64,000 nucleotides of DNA, from positions 139,872,001-139,936,000 of the forward strand of contig OX597815.1 in the NCBI GenBank assembly GCA_951406725.2, read 5' to 3'. The notes beneath the pieces were generated by a model, which worked only from the letters and a program-made list of their open reading frames with translations, was not told where the DNA came from and made no database searches. Positions 23,340-36,238 of the stretch are shown here, piece by piece. The position numbers and the translations under genes are program-made. The DNA is from Octopus vulgaris. Taxonomy: Eukaryota. Position 1 is the stretch's first letter. Each line of letters opens with the position of its first letter.

Positions 23340-24619
23340 CAGGGGTTGGACAAAATAATGGAGACACCTAGCATCACAGCATCCTAAATTTGAAATATCT
23401 ATAAAACCATCAAATGCTTCTTTATTTTTATGTTTTTTGATGTATTATTAGTGTTGCTTAATATGTTTTGCTAAAATTGCTGTTTCGTTTCAGATACCAT
23501 CAGAAAGAGGTAATTAAAATTCATTAAAATGACAGATCTATTGGATTTTCCAAGAGGTCAAATCGTTGGTGCTTGTATGGTAGGTACTAGCATAATGAAA
23601 ACATCCGAAATGTTTGGTATATCAAGAAGTACTCCCTCGAAAGTAATGACAGCCTTTGAGAAAGAAGGAAAAAAACCTCCTCGTCAAAACAAAACTCCAG
23701 AAGAAATCCAAAACTTTCAGATAGGGACCATTGGACTCTTACACGAATTATTAGAAAGGATCACAAAAGTACAGCTCCCAAAATTACTGCAGAGCTTAAT
23801 GACCACCTTGGGATCCCAGTTTTCACAAAAACTGTTCACTGGGAGCTACACAAAGCCAGATTCCATGGGAGGGCTGCAATCAGAAAACCACTATTTTCAA
23901 AGACAAACGTTGCAAAGTGTTTAGAGTGGAGTAAAAACCTACAGAATTGGTCCCTAGAGCAGTGGAAGAATGATATTTTCTCAGACGAGTCATCCTTTAC
24001 CTTATTTCTGCCCACTGGCCAAGTATATGTGTGGAGACAGCCAAAAGAAGTAGTTGACCCAGACTGCCTTATTCCAACTGTTAAACTTTGAGGAGGATCT
24101 GTGATAATCTGGGGGGGGGGGGCTATATCTTGGAAATCCGCCAACCCAATGATTTCCCTTCATAGCAGAATTAAGAGTCAAGACTATTTAAGCATTTCAT
24201 CTGATTAAATTCATCCTATGGTTGTGGAACTGTTTCCAGAGGGAAATGCAATCTTTCAGGATGATAATGCATCAATTCACACAGCTAAAGTTGTTACTGA
24301 ATGGTACGATAAACATTCTAGTGAAGTTGAACATCATTTCTGACCACCACAGCTCCCAGATCTCAAAATTATTGAACATTTATGGTGCATTTTAGAAAAA
24401 CGAGTGAAGGGTCGATATCCTCCACCATCATCACTACAAGAACTGGAGACTGTTTTAGCTGAAGAAGGGACAAAAATTCTTTTGAAAACAAACCAAACTT
24501 TGTATGAGTCCGTACCTTGTAGAATTGAAGCTGTAATTACTGCCAAAGGCAGCCCTACACCATACTAAAATAAATTTGTTTGAAATTTTAAGGTGTTTCC
24601 AGTATTTTGTCCAATCCTG
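23340..24619 (+). mobile_element. Full-length decayed Tc1-family DNA transposon with DD36E spacing
   Basis: About 30-bp TIRs CAGG(GG/A)TTGGACAAAATA.TGGA.ACACCT, TA TSD, transposase 23529-24567 with stops and frameshifts: IFSDESSF...FQDDNASIH...PDLKIIEHLW. Confidence 0.95.
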
Positions 24620-24772
24620 TATATGTGCCTCTGGCCATTTGAGTCTGATGAGTCACCTATACAGCTAAGTGCTTTATAGGTGCAAAATCAATGGCCACTC
24701 TCTGACTGGCCATAACAAACAACCTTCTAAATATATTATTGCTCTAATGTTTCTGTGTGAGCTTTTTTTCAG

Positions 24773-24803
<31 letters not shown>

Positions 24804-24821
24804 GTGTGTGTGCGTATATAA

Positions 24822-24864
<43 letters not shown>

Positions 24865-24868
<4 letters not shown>

Positions 24869-25151
24869 CAGTAAAACCTAAATCCGAAAGAAGAAGCACA
24901 TTCTAAGATATAGAGCAGTATATATTAATAATGGGGAAGGCCAGTTTATGGGAGTACCTCAGGTTTCTGAGGTCTTAGGCCAACAGGTTTTGGGATCTGA
25001 CGATATGCCATAAAGCTAAACCCTAAAGTAATTCCATAAACCAGCTTTCCCCATTTTAAATATATATATATATATATGTATATAAATATAACAAAAGCTG
25101 TTACTTGGAGTTTCACGTTCAATGTGAAACTCCGAGTAATAGCTTTTGTTA
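24865..25151. mobile_element. Two PLE pseudo-LTR relics with fold-back arms and degenerate hammerhead motifs
   Basis: tgggat-CTGACGA (24997)...GTA-attcca, inverted arm at about 24930-24967 preserving GAAACctgagGTA; 25-bp hairpin 25092-25148 containing GAAACtccgaGTA. Confidence 0.5.
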
Positions 25152-25184
25152 TATTTCTGCTGCTTTTAAATAAAGTATATATGT

Positions 25185-25665
25185 GTAATCGAAACCAAAA
25201 TCAAATTCGATAACTGGCATCCATGCTAGTGGGGTGCTAAGAGTACCATATGAGCATGATCGTTGCCAGAGCAACAGACTGGCCTCCATATCGGTGGCAC
25301 GTAAAAAGCACCATTCGAGCATGGTCGTTACCAGCATCACCTTACTGGCACTTGTGCTGGTTGCATGTGAACATTCGAGCGCGGTCGTTACCAGTGCCGC
25401 TGGACTGGCTCCTGTGCAGGTGGCACATAAAAAGCACCATTTGAGCGTGGCCATTACCAGTACTGCCTGACTGGCCATCGTGCCGGTGGCATGTAAAGGC
25501 ATCCACTACACTCTCAGAATGGTTGGCATTAGGAGGTATAAAACCAGCTGTAGAAAACCTGCCAGATCAGATGGGAGCCTGGTGCAGCCATCTGGTTCAC
25601 CAGACCTCAGTCAAATCATCCAACCCATGCTAGCATGAAAGCAGACGTTAAACGATGATGATGAT
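25185..25665 (+). mobile_element. Non-autonomous RTE-tailed element with ~60-bp tandem repeats
   Basis: Repeated aaaagcaccattcgagc units; ends ccaacccatgctagcatgaaagcagacgttaaac(gat)n. Confidence 0.75.
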
Positions 25666-26421
25666 ATACATACAATAGGCTTCTTTCAGTTTCTGTCTCC
25701 CAAATTCGCTCACAAGGCTTTGGCTGGCCCAAGACTACAGCAGATGACACTTGCCCATGGTGTCATGCAGAGGGACTGAACCTAGAACAATATGGTTGGG
25801 AAGCAAGCTTCTTACCACTCAGTCTACTCTGATGGATGGTTGATGTTAGGAAGGACATCCAGCCATAAAAACCATGCCGAAAGAGATACAGTAGCCTGAT
25901 ATCATCTTCTACCTGACTGGCTCCTGTCAAACTATCCAACCCATGCCAGCAAGGAAGACAGACGTTAAATGATGATGAAGATGATGATGATACATACATA
26001 CATACATACAAATATACATACATATACACACACATACATATATGTGCATGTCTATACGTCTTTCTTTTTATTATTTGAATTCTTCTTGTGAAAAGAGCAA
26101 AAGAATATCCAGTTGCAACAAAGATCTGACTGCAATTTAGAAGACAACAATGGCAAAGATGTCCCTGCTGAACTTTAGACAAGTTTTATAGAATTCTACT
26201 ATTCTGTTTACAGTCTGTATTTGTAAAGTACTTGTTAGCTGGTAACTTTTTGTGTCTGAAAACTTCAGCTTTCTGACATTGTAAATTAGGTATTTAATAA
26301 CTTATCCATGTGTTCTCATATTCATAGGTATGAATGTATAATTTATAATAGAAGAGGTAAAAAGGAACTTGTACGGACACAAGCAGTTGTTCATAGATAT
26401 TCTCTTTCTCACTGATTTCAG

Positions 26422-26502
26422 GAGAAGTACTCTACATCTTCAGGGAAGCTGACCGCTATAAACTGTAAATAATTTTATTTCTGCTGTGAACAACTATATC
26501 AG
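26422..26502 (+). other. Candidate 81-nt exon with stops in all frames (UTR or terminal)
   Basis: Acceptor tctctttctcactgatttcag; donor CAG/gtctgt. Confidence 0.25.
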
Positions 26503-26731
26503 GTCTGTTATCTTGGCATTTGACAGAAGTTTTGATGGAAGTATTTTACCAATATTCCTTGTGTGAAGATGTATGTACTCAACATTCATAATATTTTCTA
26601 TATTTATCCCAAGGCAGTCTATCCTACAGATGGTATTGTATATTGTTTTAGCAAGAACATCAAGCCACATTGGAAGATAATACGTATCCTAATGTGTATG
26701 TGTGTGTGTGTGTGTGTGTGAGTCTGTGTCT

Positions 26732-26794
<63 letters not shown>

Positions 26795-26914
26795 CGTTTG
26801 TGAGGTTTTCCTAAGGATTTACTTGAATTCTTCTTCATAGAATCCAAGCAATAATTCTCCTTTGTTTAAGTGAAGACAAAGTTTCAAGAATATGTGACTA
26901 TGGAAGTGTGAATT

Positions 26915-27110
26915 CATATATGCATGTATGTATATATCTATATCTATACATACATACATATATGTATGTATATATATACATATATATATGTATACATATA
27001 TATATGTATGTATATATATACATATATATATGTATACATATATATCTATATATATATGTGTGTATATATATATATGTGTACATATATATGTGTGTGTGTA
27101 TATATACATA

Positions 27111-27151
<41 letters not shown>

Positions 27152-27560
27152 CAACCCGTGCTAGCGCGGAAAACAGACGTTAAACGATGATGATATATAT
27201 ACACATATATATACATATATATATATTTACACATATGCATATAATATAGATATATATATATATACATGCATACATATATATATACACATACATACATACA
27301 CACACACATATATATATACACATAGATATGTATATATATATACACATACACATAGATATGTATATATGTATGATGATTTATATACATGTGTACATATATG
27401 TATATATGTATTAATGTATATGAGAGGATGTGTGTAGGTATTTGAGTGTGTGTGAATGTTTTTGCACACATGTACTTTATGTACATATATATTTGTGTAA
27501 GTGTAATATGTATGTATAAAAATATGCATGTGTGTATCCATATGTGGAGAAAACATACAC
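26915..27560. repeat. Compound TA/TG/CA low-complexity tract
   Basis: Direct inspection. Confidence 0.95.
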
Positions 27561-28725
27561 ATGTGTGTATATATATGCACTGAATTTACAAACTTCAAAA
27601 TGGTGGAATATCATAACAAACACATGTGGAGAGACAATTTTAGATGTCTCTTGAAACCAGCTTGGAAAAGTAGAAATCTACATTGCTACATAAGATGTTC
27701 TTCCTCTATTTTTGTTGTTGTTGTTGATGATGATGATGATGAGGGGAGGAGGAAGGAGGATGGTGGAGGAAGAGAAAGAGGATGATGTTACATTGTACTG
27801 TAATAACACTGCAATCTTTCAACACCTCTCCCTTTCCCATGGCCCCCACCCCCACCTCTTTGAACCCCCCTTCCTCCCCAACCCACCTCACTTTCTTGTT
27901 CTACTTCTTTTCTTCTTCTTCTTCTTCTTCTTCTTCTTCTTCTTCTTCTTCTTCTTCTTCTTCTTCTTCTTCTTCTTCTTCTTCTTTCTTCTTTCTTCTT
28001 CAGATTAGACACACAAGCAATATTTCATTGGAGTGTTTTGTGTTTTCACAGCATTTTCACTTACACCGAACAAACAGTGAAATAAATTTGTAACAGCTTT
28101 CATAACCAAATTAGTTGTTCCAAAAACAGGCCAGGGCAAACTGTGGTACTGACAAAAAACAAAAACAAAAAAAAACCCCCAAAAAAACAAGCAAATGAAA
28201 AACACACTGTTTGCAGCAAGTCATCTTATCTTTGTTATTCAAATCTTCTCACCAAAATAGATTATCCCTATGAAATTGTCAATGATGGCATGCTCCTTAA
28301 GCGGGCAGGTATCTGTCAGGAAAAGTAGAAGTGAAATCCATAGTTGCATTAACGTATTTATTTTACACAGAATGTAACTCCTTGAAAAAATGACGTTTTG
28401 GAAACGTATTCTTTCTTCTCTGTCTAAAATGTTACAAGTTTATTTACATAACATTTTGTTTGGCGTCTGATGGTTAAGATGAATTCTACTATTTCAATCT
28501 ATATCTGAAACGCTCTTAGTAGTTCAAACTTTAACCTTAAATGAAATGCTATACTTTACGTGCCGCATACTACAGCAGCAAGCTTTTGGGATAATGTTTA
28601 GCAGCAAACATATATAATTATCTATATATAATACATATATGTAGGTCCCGGGTTGAGTCGGGGTTAACCACAGTAAATAAGGTACTCAATACATAGCAGA
28701 GTAAAGTAATTTATTTTATAGAAGG

Positions 28726-28776
28726 AGCTTCTACAGGACTAGAACTGTTTCATTCAGATGAAATCTTCAGGAAGCT
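28726..28776 (-). ncRNA. Type I hammerhead ribozyme in the PLE 3' region
   Basis: agcttc-CTGAAGA-tttcatctgaat-GAAAC-ag-ttctagtc-ct-GTA-gaagct: 6-bp stem I, closed stem III, GUA triplet. Confidence 0.75.
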
Positions 28777-29299
28777 GGCTGTCAAAATAAGTTCTGGTAT
28801 TTATGCATTTAGGCAGATTTAATGGAGTGGTGGTGGGGGACGTTTTTTGGGTAGGTTGGTATTTAGGAGATAAACAGGGCACAAGCTATTGTTCTTAGGG
28901 GAGTGGTCAAAAGGCCAGAGTATTTTTTGAAATGAGAAGAATCAGTGAGAAAATAAATAAATGAATAAATAGAATAAATGAATAGAAACAGATATATAGG
29001 ATGGGATTTTTGGTAAATTAGAAGACAATTGCTTTTTGGTGGTCAAGAAGAGGTAGGCAGTTTGTTATTGTTAGGTGGAAAGAATAAATAGATAAATATA
29101 CATGAAAAAACATATAAAATAAATAAATATACATACAAACACACATACATACACATGCGAATATACATATGTATACATACATACGCACATATATATACAT
29201 ACATACATATACATACATATATATATACATACACACATATAGATATATATATACACATACATATACATACATACACCTACATACACACACACACTCACA

Positions 29300-29341
<42 letters not shown>

Positions 29342-30239
29342 CACATACAAATACACATAAGTATACATACATAAATATACCTACGTACATATAAACATAT
29401 ACATAATTATGCATATATAAACACATACATAAATATACATATGTACACACAAACACACACATAAAAATATACACGCATATATAAAAACATATACACATAT
29501 AAAAACATATGTGTATATAAATATATATACGCATATATAAGTATATATACGCATATAAATACATACATGCATATATAAATACACACATGCATATACATAC
29601 AGACACACATATATATACACATACATAAATCTACATGTCCATATATATATATATATATATACATACATCCATACACATATATACATGCATACACACATAC
29701 ATTTCTATACAAATACACATGTATATATAAATACACATACGCATACATAAATATATACATGCAAATACACATACATACATATACACACACACACATATAT
29801 ATATATACATAAACACATACATACATATATATATATATATATACACATATACATACACACATATATAAATACACATATATCATATATATATATATACATA
29901 CATAAACATATACATATGTATATACATACATATAAATATATACACATGTACACACATACATACATAAATACATACACACACATACAAACATATGTATATA
30001 TATATATATATACACACGCATACATACATATGCACATATATACACATACACACATGTACACGCATACACATACATATGTACACATATATATGCACACATA
30101 CATATATATGCACATATATACATATATGTGCATATATACATATGTATATATATATATATATGTATATAGTCTTAGGAGAGAAGGTAATTAGGGCTGATGA
30201 AGGAACGGTGGTGTGGTGGGGGGTTTGTGGGGGTGGGTC

Positions 30240-31408
30240 GTCAATCGGGTGGCCGGGTGGGTCTGTAATTTTTGTAGTTTGCATAGATTTTGTGCATACA
30301 GTTTGGGGAGTGTTCCGAGATCTTGTTGAGGAGAGGGCCTTTGGCGAATAAGATCTCCAAGCTCTCAGAAATGCAAAGGTCACAGCAAGTATGGCCTCCT
30401 GTGTAAGAACGCGCTCTCTGGAGTAGTCTCCACTTGATCTTGAAGGGGATGGAGTTCCTTTTAAGGTGCCAGATATGGGCGGCGAAAGTAGTCTGGTTAG
30501 ATTTGTCAGGTCACCGGAACGAATGTGTGTGGGCGTACCATCGAGTCTTAAACTATTTGAGGTCATTCCGATGTATGATTTTCTTTTATCATCAGGGCTC
30601 GATCATACATCGCATATGTAGACGAGATCTTTCTGTAGGCAGTTGTTGTTGAGGGGGCAAGTAGTCTTATCAGGACAGTTGCAATTGCAGTTGCTGTCGG
30701 ATGCTGGATGGGCTTCGGAAAAAGTAGATTTATTAAGTTTTTTGACGTTATTGTTGGCTAGGTTCCTAGCTAGATTGGGTGTGGTGGAGTAGGAGAGTCT
30801 AATGGTGTTCTTATTAAGGATTGTATAGTACTTATGTTGGGTGGGGAAGTGTTTTTGTAAGAGAGTGAAGAAAATTTTAGCTACAGGTGTTGAAACTTCA
30901 CGGTTGAAGGGGGGGTTGTACCAGCTAATGTGTCATCACCTATTATTCTTGGGTGGGCGTGGGGCTATGCTAATGTAGGTGATCTTATCTCTAAAGCCAC
31001 TGCGGGCCAGGGCCTCGTTGTAATAGGGGGCTGCGGCATTAAAGATATCCTCAGTGGCAGAGAGGCTAGATATCCTAATGGAGACACTTTTCATTAGGTT
31101 GTCTAATATATTTTTGGGGTGGTTAGAATTAATGTCTATGTATCTAAGGGATTCATTAGGTTTATGGTACGGGTAATAAAGGGAGGTTTCTAAATCGAGG
31201 GTAGCGTCAAGGAAGTTAGCTTTGGTTAAGTTCGAATCTAAGGTAATCCTAAGGCCTAAGTTTTTAAAAAAGTGTAAAGGTTTTTCCGGAACCCATCCGT
31301 GGTCCTGGGGTTTATTTTGTGGAGGGCAAAAAGGCCATCATCGCGGTAGAGACCACCGGAGAGGCCTGTGAATATGGTCTTCAACCTATTGAGGATGAAT
31401 AGGCCCAG
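30240..31408 (-). pseudogene. PLE reverse transcriptase C-terminal half plus GIY-YIG endonuclease, frameshifted
   Basis: GLYRDDGL...ANFLDATLDL...SNHP...WYNPPF...CNCPDKTTCPLNNNC...LVY...YIGMT...CDLCISE...LLNK. Confidence 0.9.
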
Positions 31409-31426
31409 ATACATGCATATATATAC

Positions 31427-31475
<49 letters not shown>

Positions 31476-31787
31476 CACATATACATATATATAAATATAT
31501 AGATTTATGCATTAGTTTTGCAAGATTCTTGATGTGAAATCATGTGTTAAAGCATATATTGTTATATATGGAGATGGTCAACTTTTGTTTGTTAAACACG
31601 TCTTATATATTTCCTCTTCAATTTATGATGATGATGAAAGACTGTTGGATAGCTCTTAATTACCAGTTGGTTGTTACTTGAAAGCAGGCAATAACAAATC
31701 ACCAAAGGTTTCATGTAGTGCCTTGTCCTGTGACTCAAAAAGACAATACTCTCCTTAGTATTATCATTATTATTATTATTATTATTA

Positions 31788-31863
31788 CTTTTTTTTCTTC
31801 TTTCAAATTTGCTTCCATTTCTTGCTGAGTGTCTTCCCGACTCCTAGGGCAAAGAAACTCATA

Positions 31864-31864
<1 letters not shown>
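31788..31864 (-). mobile_element. 77-bp 3' terminus of an R4/Dong-type LINE in (TTA)n
   Basis: Matches the 3' ends at 43550 and 63181. Confidence 0.85.
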
Positions 31865-31907
<43 letters not shown>

Positions 31908-31909
31908 CA

Positions 31910-31955
<46 letters not shown>

Positions 31956-31987
31956 GATGATGATGATTATCATAATTATTATTATCA

Positions 31988-32546
31988 TTGAGTGAAAGAG
32001 CAGTGCATGCCATCAAAGTGACACTGGGGTAAAATAAAGGAAGCCCAGTATACCCATCATGTCTACCGGTCTGACAAGAGTACACCAAGCACATGCATCA
32101 CAACCATATGTGTGCGACATGGTGATCTCATATCAAGATAAACAGTGCATGGCTTTGTGGGTGGGGCCCAGTTAGAGTTTATTTCAGGTCAAGAAGCCCA
32201 TCCCACTCAAAGAGTCCCTAAATAAGTGTTGTTTAAGGTTGTGGAACAAAACAGGCATGTTTCCAGGAGTGAATTATTTAAATCCCAAAGAATTCCTCTC
32301 AGCACATGGCTATGATGCTCCCCCACTACTTCTGCATGGGATCAGAGATGCACATATCATCAGCCACCAAGGGACATGCTCAATTGGTTAAGATCAAACA
32401 ACTGACAAGCAAATCTGTGGTATCGAGCAGAATATTTTCTGTAGCCAATCTTTTATACCAAAGACAAAACAATGTACATGATAACATTTCCAATCAGTTA
32501 AGTTCAGAAGCCACGCGAGGCAGTGCCTGGTACTGCATCAGGGCAT

Positions 32547-32548
<2 letters not shown>
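31988..32548 (-). mobile_element. Unclassified 560-bp insertion bounded by (TTA)n
   Basis: Higher-GC island with TTA arrays on both sides; no recognisable ORF; single copy in this window; strand is a guess. Confidence 0.35.
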
Positions 32549-32634
<86 letters not shown>

Positions 32635-32876
32635 CATCATCATTAAGGGGGTAAGCTGGCAGAATCTTTAGAATGCCAGGTAAAATGCTTAGTGGCATTT
32701 CGTCTGTCTCTACATTCTGACTTCAAATACTGCCAAGATTGATTTTGCTTTCACCATTACAGGGTCAACAATATAAGCACCAGTTGAACACTGGGATCAT
32801 TGTAATTTGCTTACTCCCTCCCACAAATTTCTGCCCTTATGCCAAAATTTGAAACCATTATAATTATTATTATTAT

Positions 32877-33970
32877 TTTTCTCCTTCTTTCTTCAGATTT
32901 TCTTCCGTTTCTCGCCCAGTGTTTTCCGTACACCTAGGGCAGAGAAGCATTTCCAGATCTCACACACAAATTCACAGGTAAAATATGTATTTAAAAAATT
33001 AATAAATAAATATACTCATGAATGGATGTCGTTTTCACAGCAATAATGCTCTTCTCAGTACAAGAGCCATTCCAGTTAACACAATATTTTGCACTTCTTG
33101 TTGGGATGGTAAGCCTGATATCATTTTCAAATAGGTTTCAGTACCTTTTTTTATCATTCCTAGAGCTCCTACAATCACTGGTATTGTAGTCGCCTTGAGA
33201 TACTACATTTTTTTCAATTTCTATTAGCAAGTCTTTATATTTACTGATCTTGTCAAATTCTTTCACTGCTATATTGTGATCGCAAGGGATACTCATGTCA
33301 ATTAATAATCACATCCTTTTTGCCTGATCTTTTATAATAATATCCGGTTTATTAGATTGTACATTTTTGTTGGTCTGTACGGGGAAGTCCCATAGAATCA
33401 GCACATGTTTTCCCTCAGTCACAGCTTCAGGATGGTGTTTGTACCATTTATCAGAGGTTTGATTTTATAATGCTGACATATTGTCCAGTGTAAATACTGG
33501 CCGACTCTGTCATGTCTTGCTTTATATTCTACAGGTGCTAAAACTCTACACCCTGAGATTAAGTGGTCTATAGTTTCAATCTCATCATTACAGAATTGGC
33601 ATTTTGGGTCAGCTCCATTTTTTATTACATTGGCTTGGTAGTTCCGGGTTAAAAAGATTTGGTCTTGAGCAGCTAATATTAAACCTTCACTCTCCGCTTT
33701 TAGCCTTGAGCTTAGTAACCATTGGTGCATGTGTTTCTGGTTGACATCAGGTTGTTTGCTACGGGCCACATACTTACCATGCAGAGGTTTCTGTTCCCAT
33801 CTGCTAGTTAATTTTTCATGCGCTTTTGTCTTTGCAATCAATTTTATTTCCTTTGCAGCTGCAGTTGGCGCATTTTCTTCAACCTAATCGATCTGGTAGG
33901 TATCTAAGAGATCAGTAGCGAATTTTTTGCTCTCTTTCAGAATAGAGTGAAGTTTTTTCGGTCTTTCATA
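32877..33970 (-). mobile_element. R4/Dong-type LINE 3' fragment (CCHC plus restriction-like endonuclease)
   Basis: KPLHGKY...AAQDQ...CQFCNDEIETIDHLISGC...RHDRV; (TTA)n flanks. Confidence 0.9.
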
Positions 33971-33989
33971 TTAATTATTATTATCATCA

Positions 33990-34045
<56 letters not shown>

Positions 34046-34046
<1 letters not shown>

Positions 34047-34691
34047 TATGTTTGACTTTTGCTTTATGTCTGTACAAGTTGGCTCCAAGTCTCACCCAGA
34101 GACCTCAAGAGACAACAGGTTGGAAGTTCTGTGCCATATATTTGGGTTTTTTTTTTTTTTTTTTGGTGTTGTACTAGTGAATGTCTATTACATAAAAAAA
34201 TAAATAAATAAATAAATAAAAAAAAAAGTTTGTTTTAAACCTTGGGATTACATAGAGAGTATTTTGTGTAGGATATGAGCAGTTCCCATGAGCACTATCT
34301 TTTGAATTTCTGCCATTTTGGGGTTTCCTGGTATCTGAGTTAGGTAGCAATCAGTCCCTTTCGCTATCATTCCCAGGGCACCTATGACAACAGGTATTGT
34401 TTTAGTCTTCAGCTTCCACATTTTGCTGATTTCTATTTCAAGATCTTTATATTTGCTCAGTTTTTGGTAGGTCTTGACAGATACGTTTATATCGATTGGG
34501 ACAGTCATATCAATGAGGAGGCATGTTCTTTGTCTGAAGTCTTTCAATATAATGTCTGGCCTATTTGCATCTATCTTCCTGTCAGTTTGAATGGTGAAGT
34601 TCCAGAGGAGTGAGATGTGGTCATTTTCAAGCACAGGAGGTGGATTGTGTTCCCACCAGTTTTTTCATGGGGCAAATCCAGGTTTTTGTAA

Positions 34692-34692
<1 letters not shown>
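34046..34692 (-). mobile_element. R4/Dong-type LINE 3' fragment, second subfamily
   Basis: ORF 34248-34634 LLWNFTIQTDRKIDANRPDIIL...LIDMTVP...KLSKYKDL...PVVIGALG; (TTA)n flanks. Confidence 0.9.
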
Positions 34693-34763
<71 letters not shown>

Positions 34764-34766
<3 letters not shown>

Positions 34767-34920
34767 TAGTTTTATTTTTATTTTTATAGCGTGCTTTCAC
34801 TTCACTACCGAGCGCAGCTCTGTGTGCCTTGGGTATGTGCTGTGATTTGTTGTGATGCTCTGATGGTTATTGTATGGAAAGTGTTCTGCGTAGGATGTGG
34901 GCAGTGCCTAGTAGTGCAAT
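34764..34920 (-). mobile_element. Short R4/Dong-type 3' fragment, third subfamily
   Basis: IALLGTAHILRRTLSIQ* plus 3' UTR, inside (TTA)n. Confidence 0.8.
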
Positions 34921-35004
34921 TATTATTATCATTATTATTATTATTATTATTATTATCATCATCATCATTATTATTATTACTATTATTATTACTATTATTA
35001 TTAC

Positions 35005-35064
<60 letters not shown>

Positions 35065-35078
35065 TGTTGTTGTTATTA

Positions 35079-35124
<46 letters not shown>

Positions 35125-35129
35125 TGTTG

Positions 35130-35184
<55 letters not shown>

Positions 35185-35411
35185 CATCATCATTATTATT
35201 ATCATCATTATTATAATTATAATAATAATAATTATTATTAAGGTAGTGAGCTGGCAAAGAGCATCATCACGATGCAGCTGTAGAAACCATGCCAAAACAG
35301 ACAGGGAGTCTGAATGGCCCTTCTGCTGGTCAGTTCCTGTTAAAGCATCCAGCCCACGACAGCATAGAAAACAGATGTTAAATGATGATGATGATGACGA
35401 TGACGAAGATC

Positions 35412-35472
<61 letters not shown>

Positions 35473-35600
35473 TTATCATCATTTAACATATATATTATAT
35501 GTATCTGTATATATATATAAAACACACACACACAGACATAAATTATAATAATGATATATAATTATTATATATATAATATATAATAATAATATATATATAT

Positions 35601-36011
35601 CTCTTTCTCTTTTCTCTTTTACTTGTTTCAGTCATTTGACTGCGGCCATGCTGGAGCACCGCCTTTTAATCGAGCAACTCGACCCCGGGACTTATTCTTT
35701 GTAAGCCCAGTACTTATTCTATCAGTCTCTTTTTTGCCGAACCGCTAAGTGACGGGGACGTAAACACACCAGCATCGGTTGTCAAGCGATGCTAGGGGGA
35801 CAAACACAGACATACAAACACACACATATATATATATACATATATACGACAGGCTTCTTTCAGTTTCCGTCTACCAAATCCACTCACAAGGCATTGGTCG
35901 GCCCGGGGCTATAGCAGAAGACACTTGCCCAAGATGCCACGCAGTGGGACTGAACCCAGAACCATGTGGCTGGTTAGCAAGCTACTTACCACACAGCCAC
36001 TCCTGCGCCTA
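35601..36011 (-). mobile_element. Young full-length SINE family 1 copy
   Basis: CpG-retaining head, internal (TA)/(CA) spacer and tail. Confidence 0.92.
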
Positions 36012-36238
36012 TGATGATGCGCCTATATATATATTATATATATATAATAATTATTATATAATAATGATGATAATAATAATGATGACGATGATGATAATAA
36101 TAATAATAATAATAATAACAACAACATAATGTAAAAAATAAATATCACTGAAGCAAAATAACACCAAATATATAGTGTGTGTGTTTTTATTGGCTAAACT
36201 GGCAATATGACCATTCCGAAATATAACAATATATATAT

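Larger units (their letters stand above)
28640..31410 (-). mobile_element. 5'-truncated Penelope-like retroelement, split by a 1.07-kb TA/CA tract (29090-30167)
   Basis: RT and GIY-YIG coding remnant plus downstream segment with canonical HHR; TA-rich flanks. Joining of the two halves is inferred. Confidence 0.8.

Noticed and set aside
25260-25500. Regular ~60-bp repeats resembling a CRISPR array (also 4290-4437 and 40195-40330)
   Set aside because: Whole units are diverged tandem copies with no unique spacers, inside a eukaryotic retroelement; no cas genes.
34791-35548. Poly-I, poly-L and poly-N ORFs (also 62678-63211 and poly-K/E at 41423-41683)
   Set aside because: Trinucleotide microsatellites.
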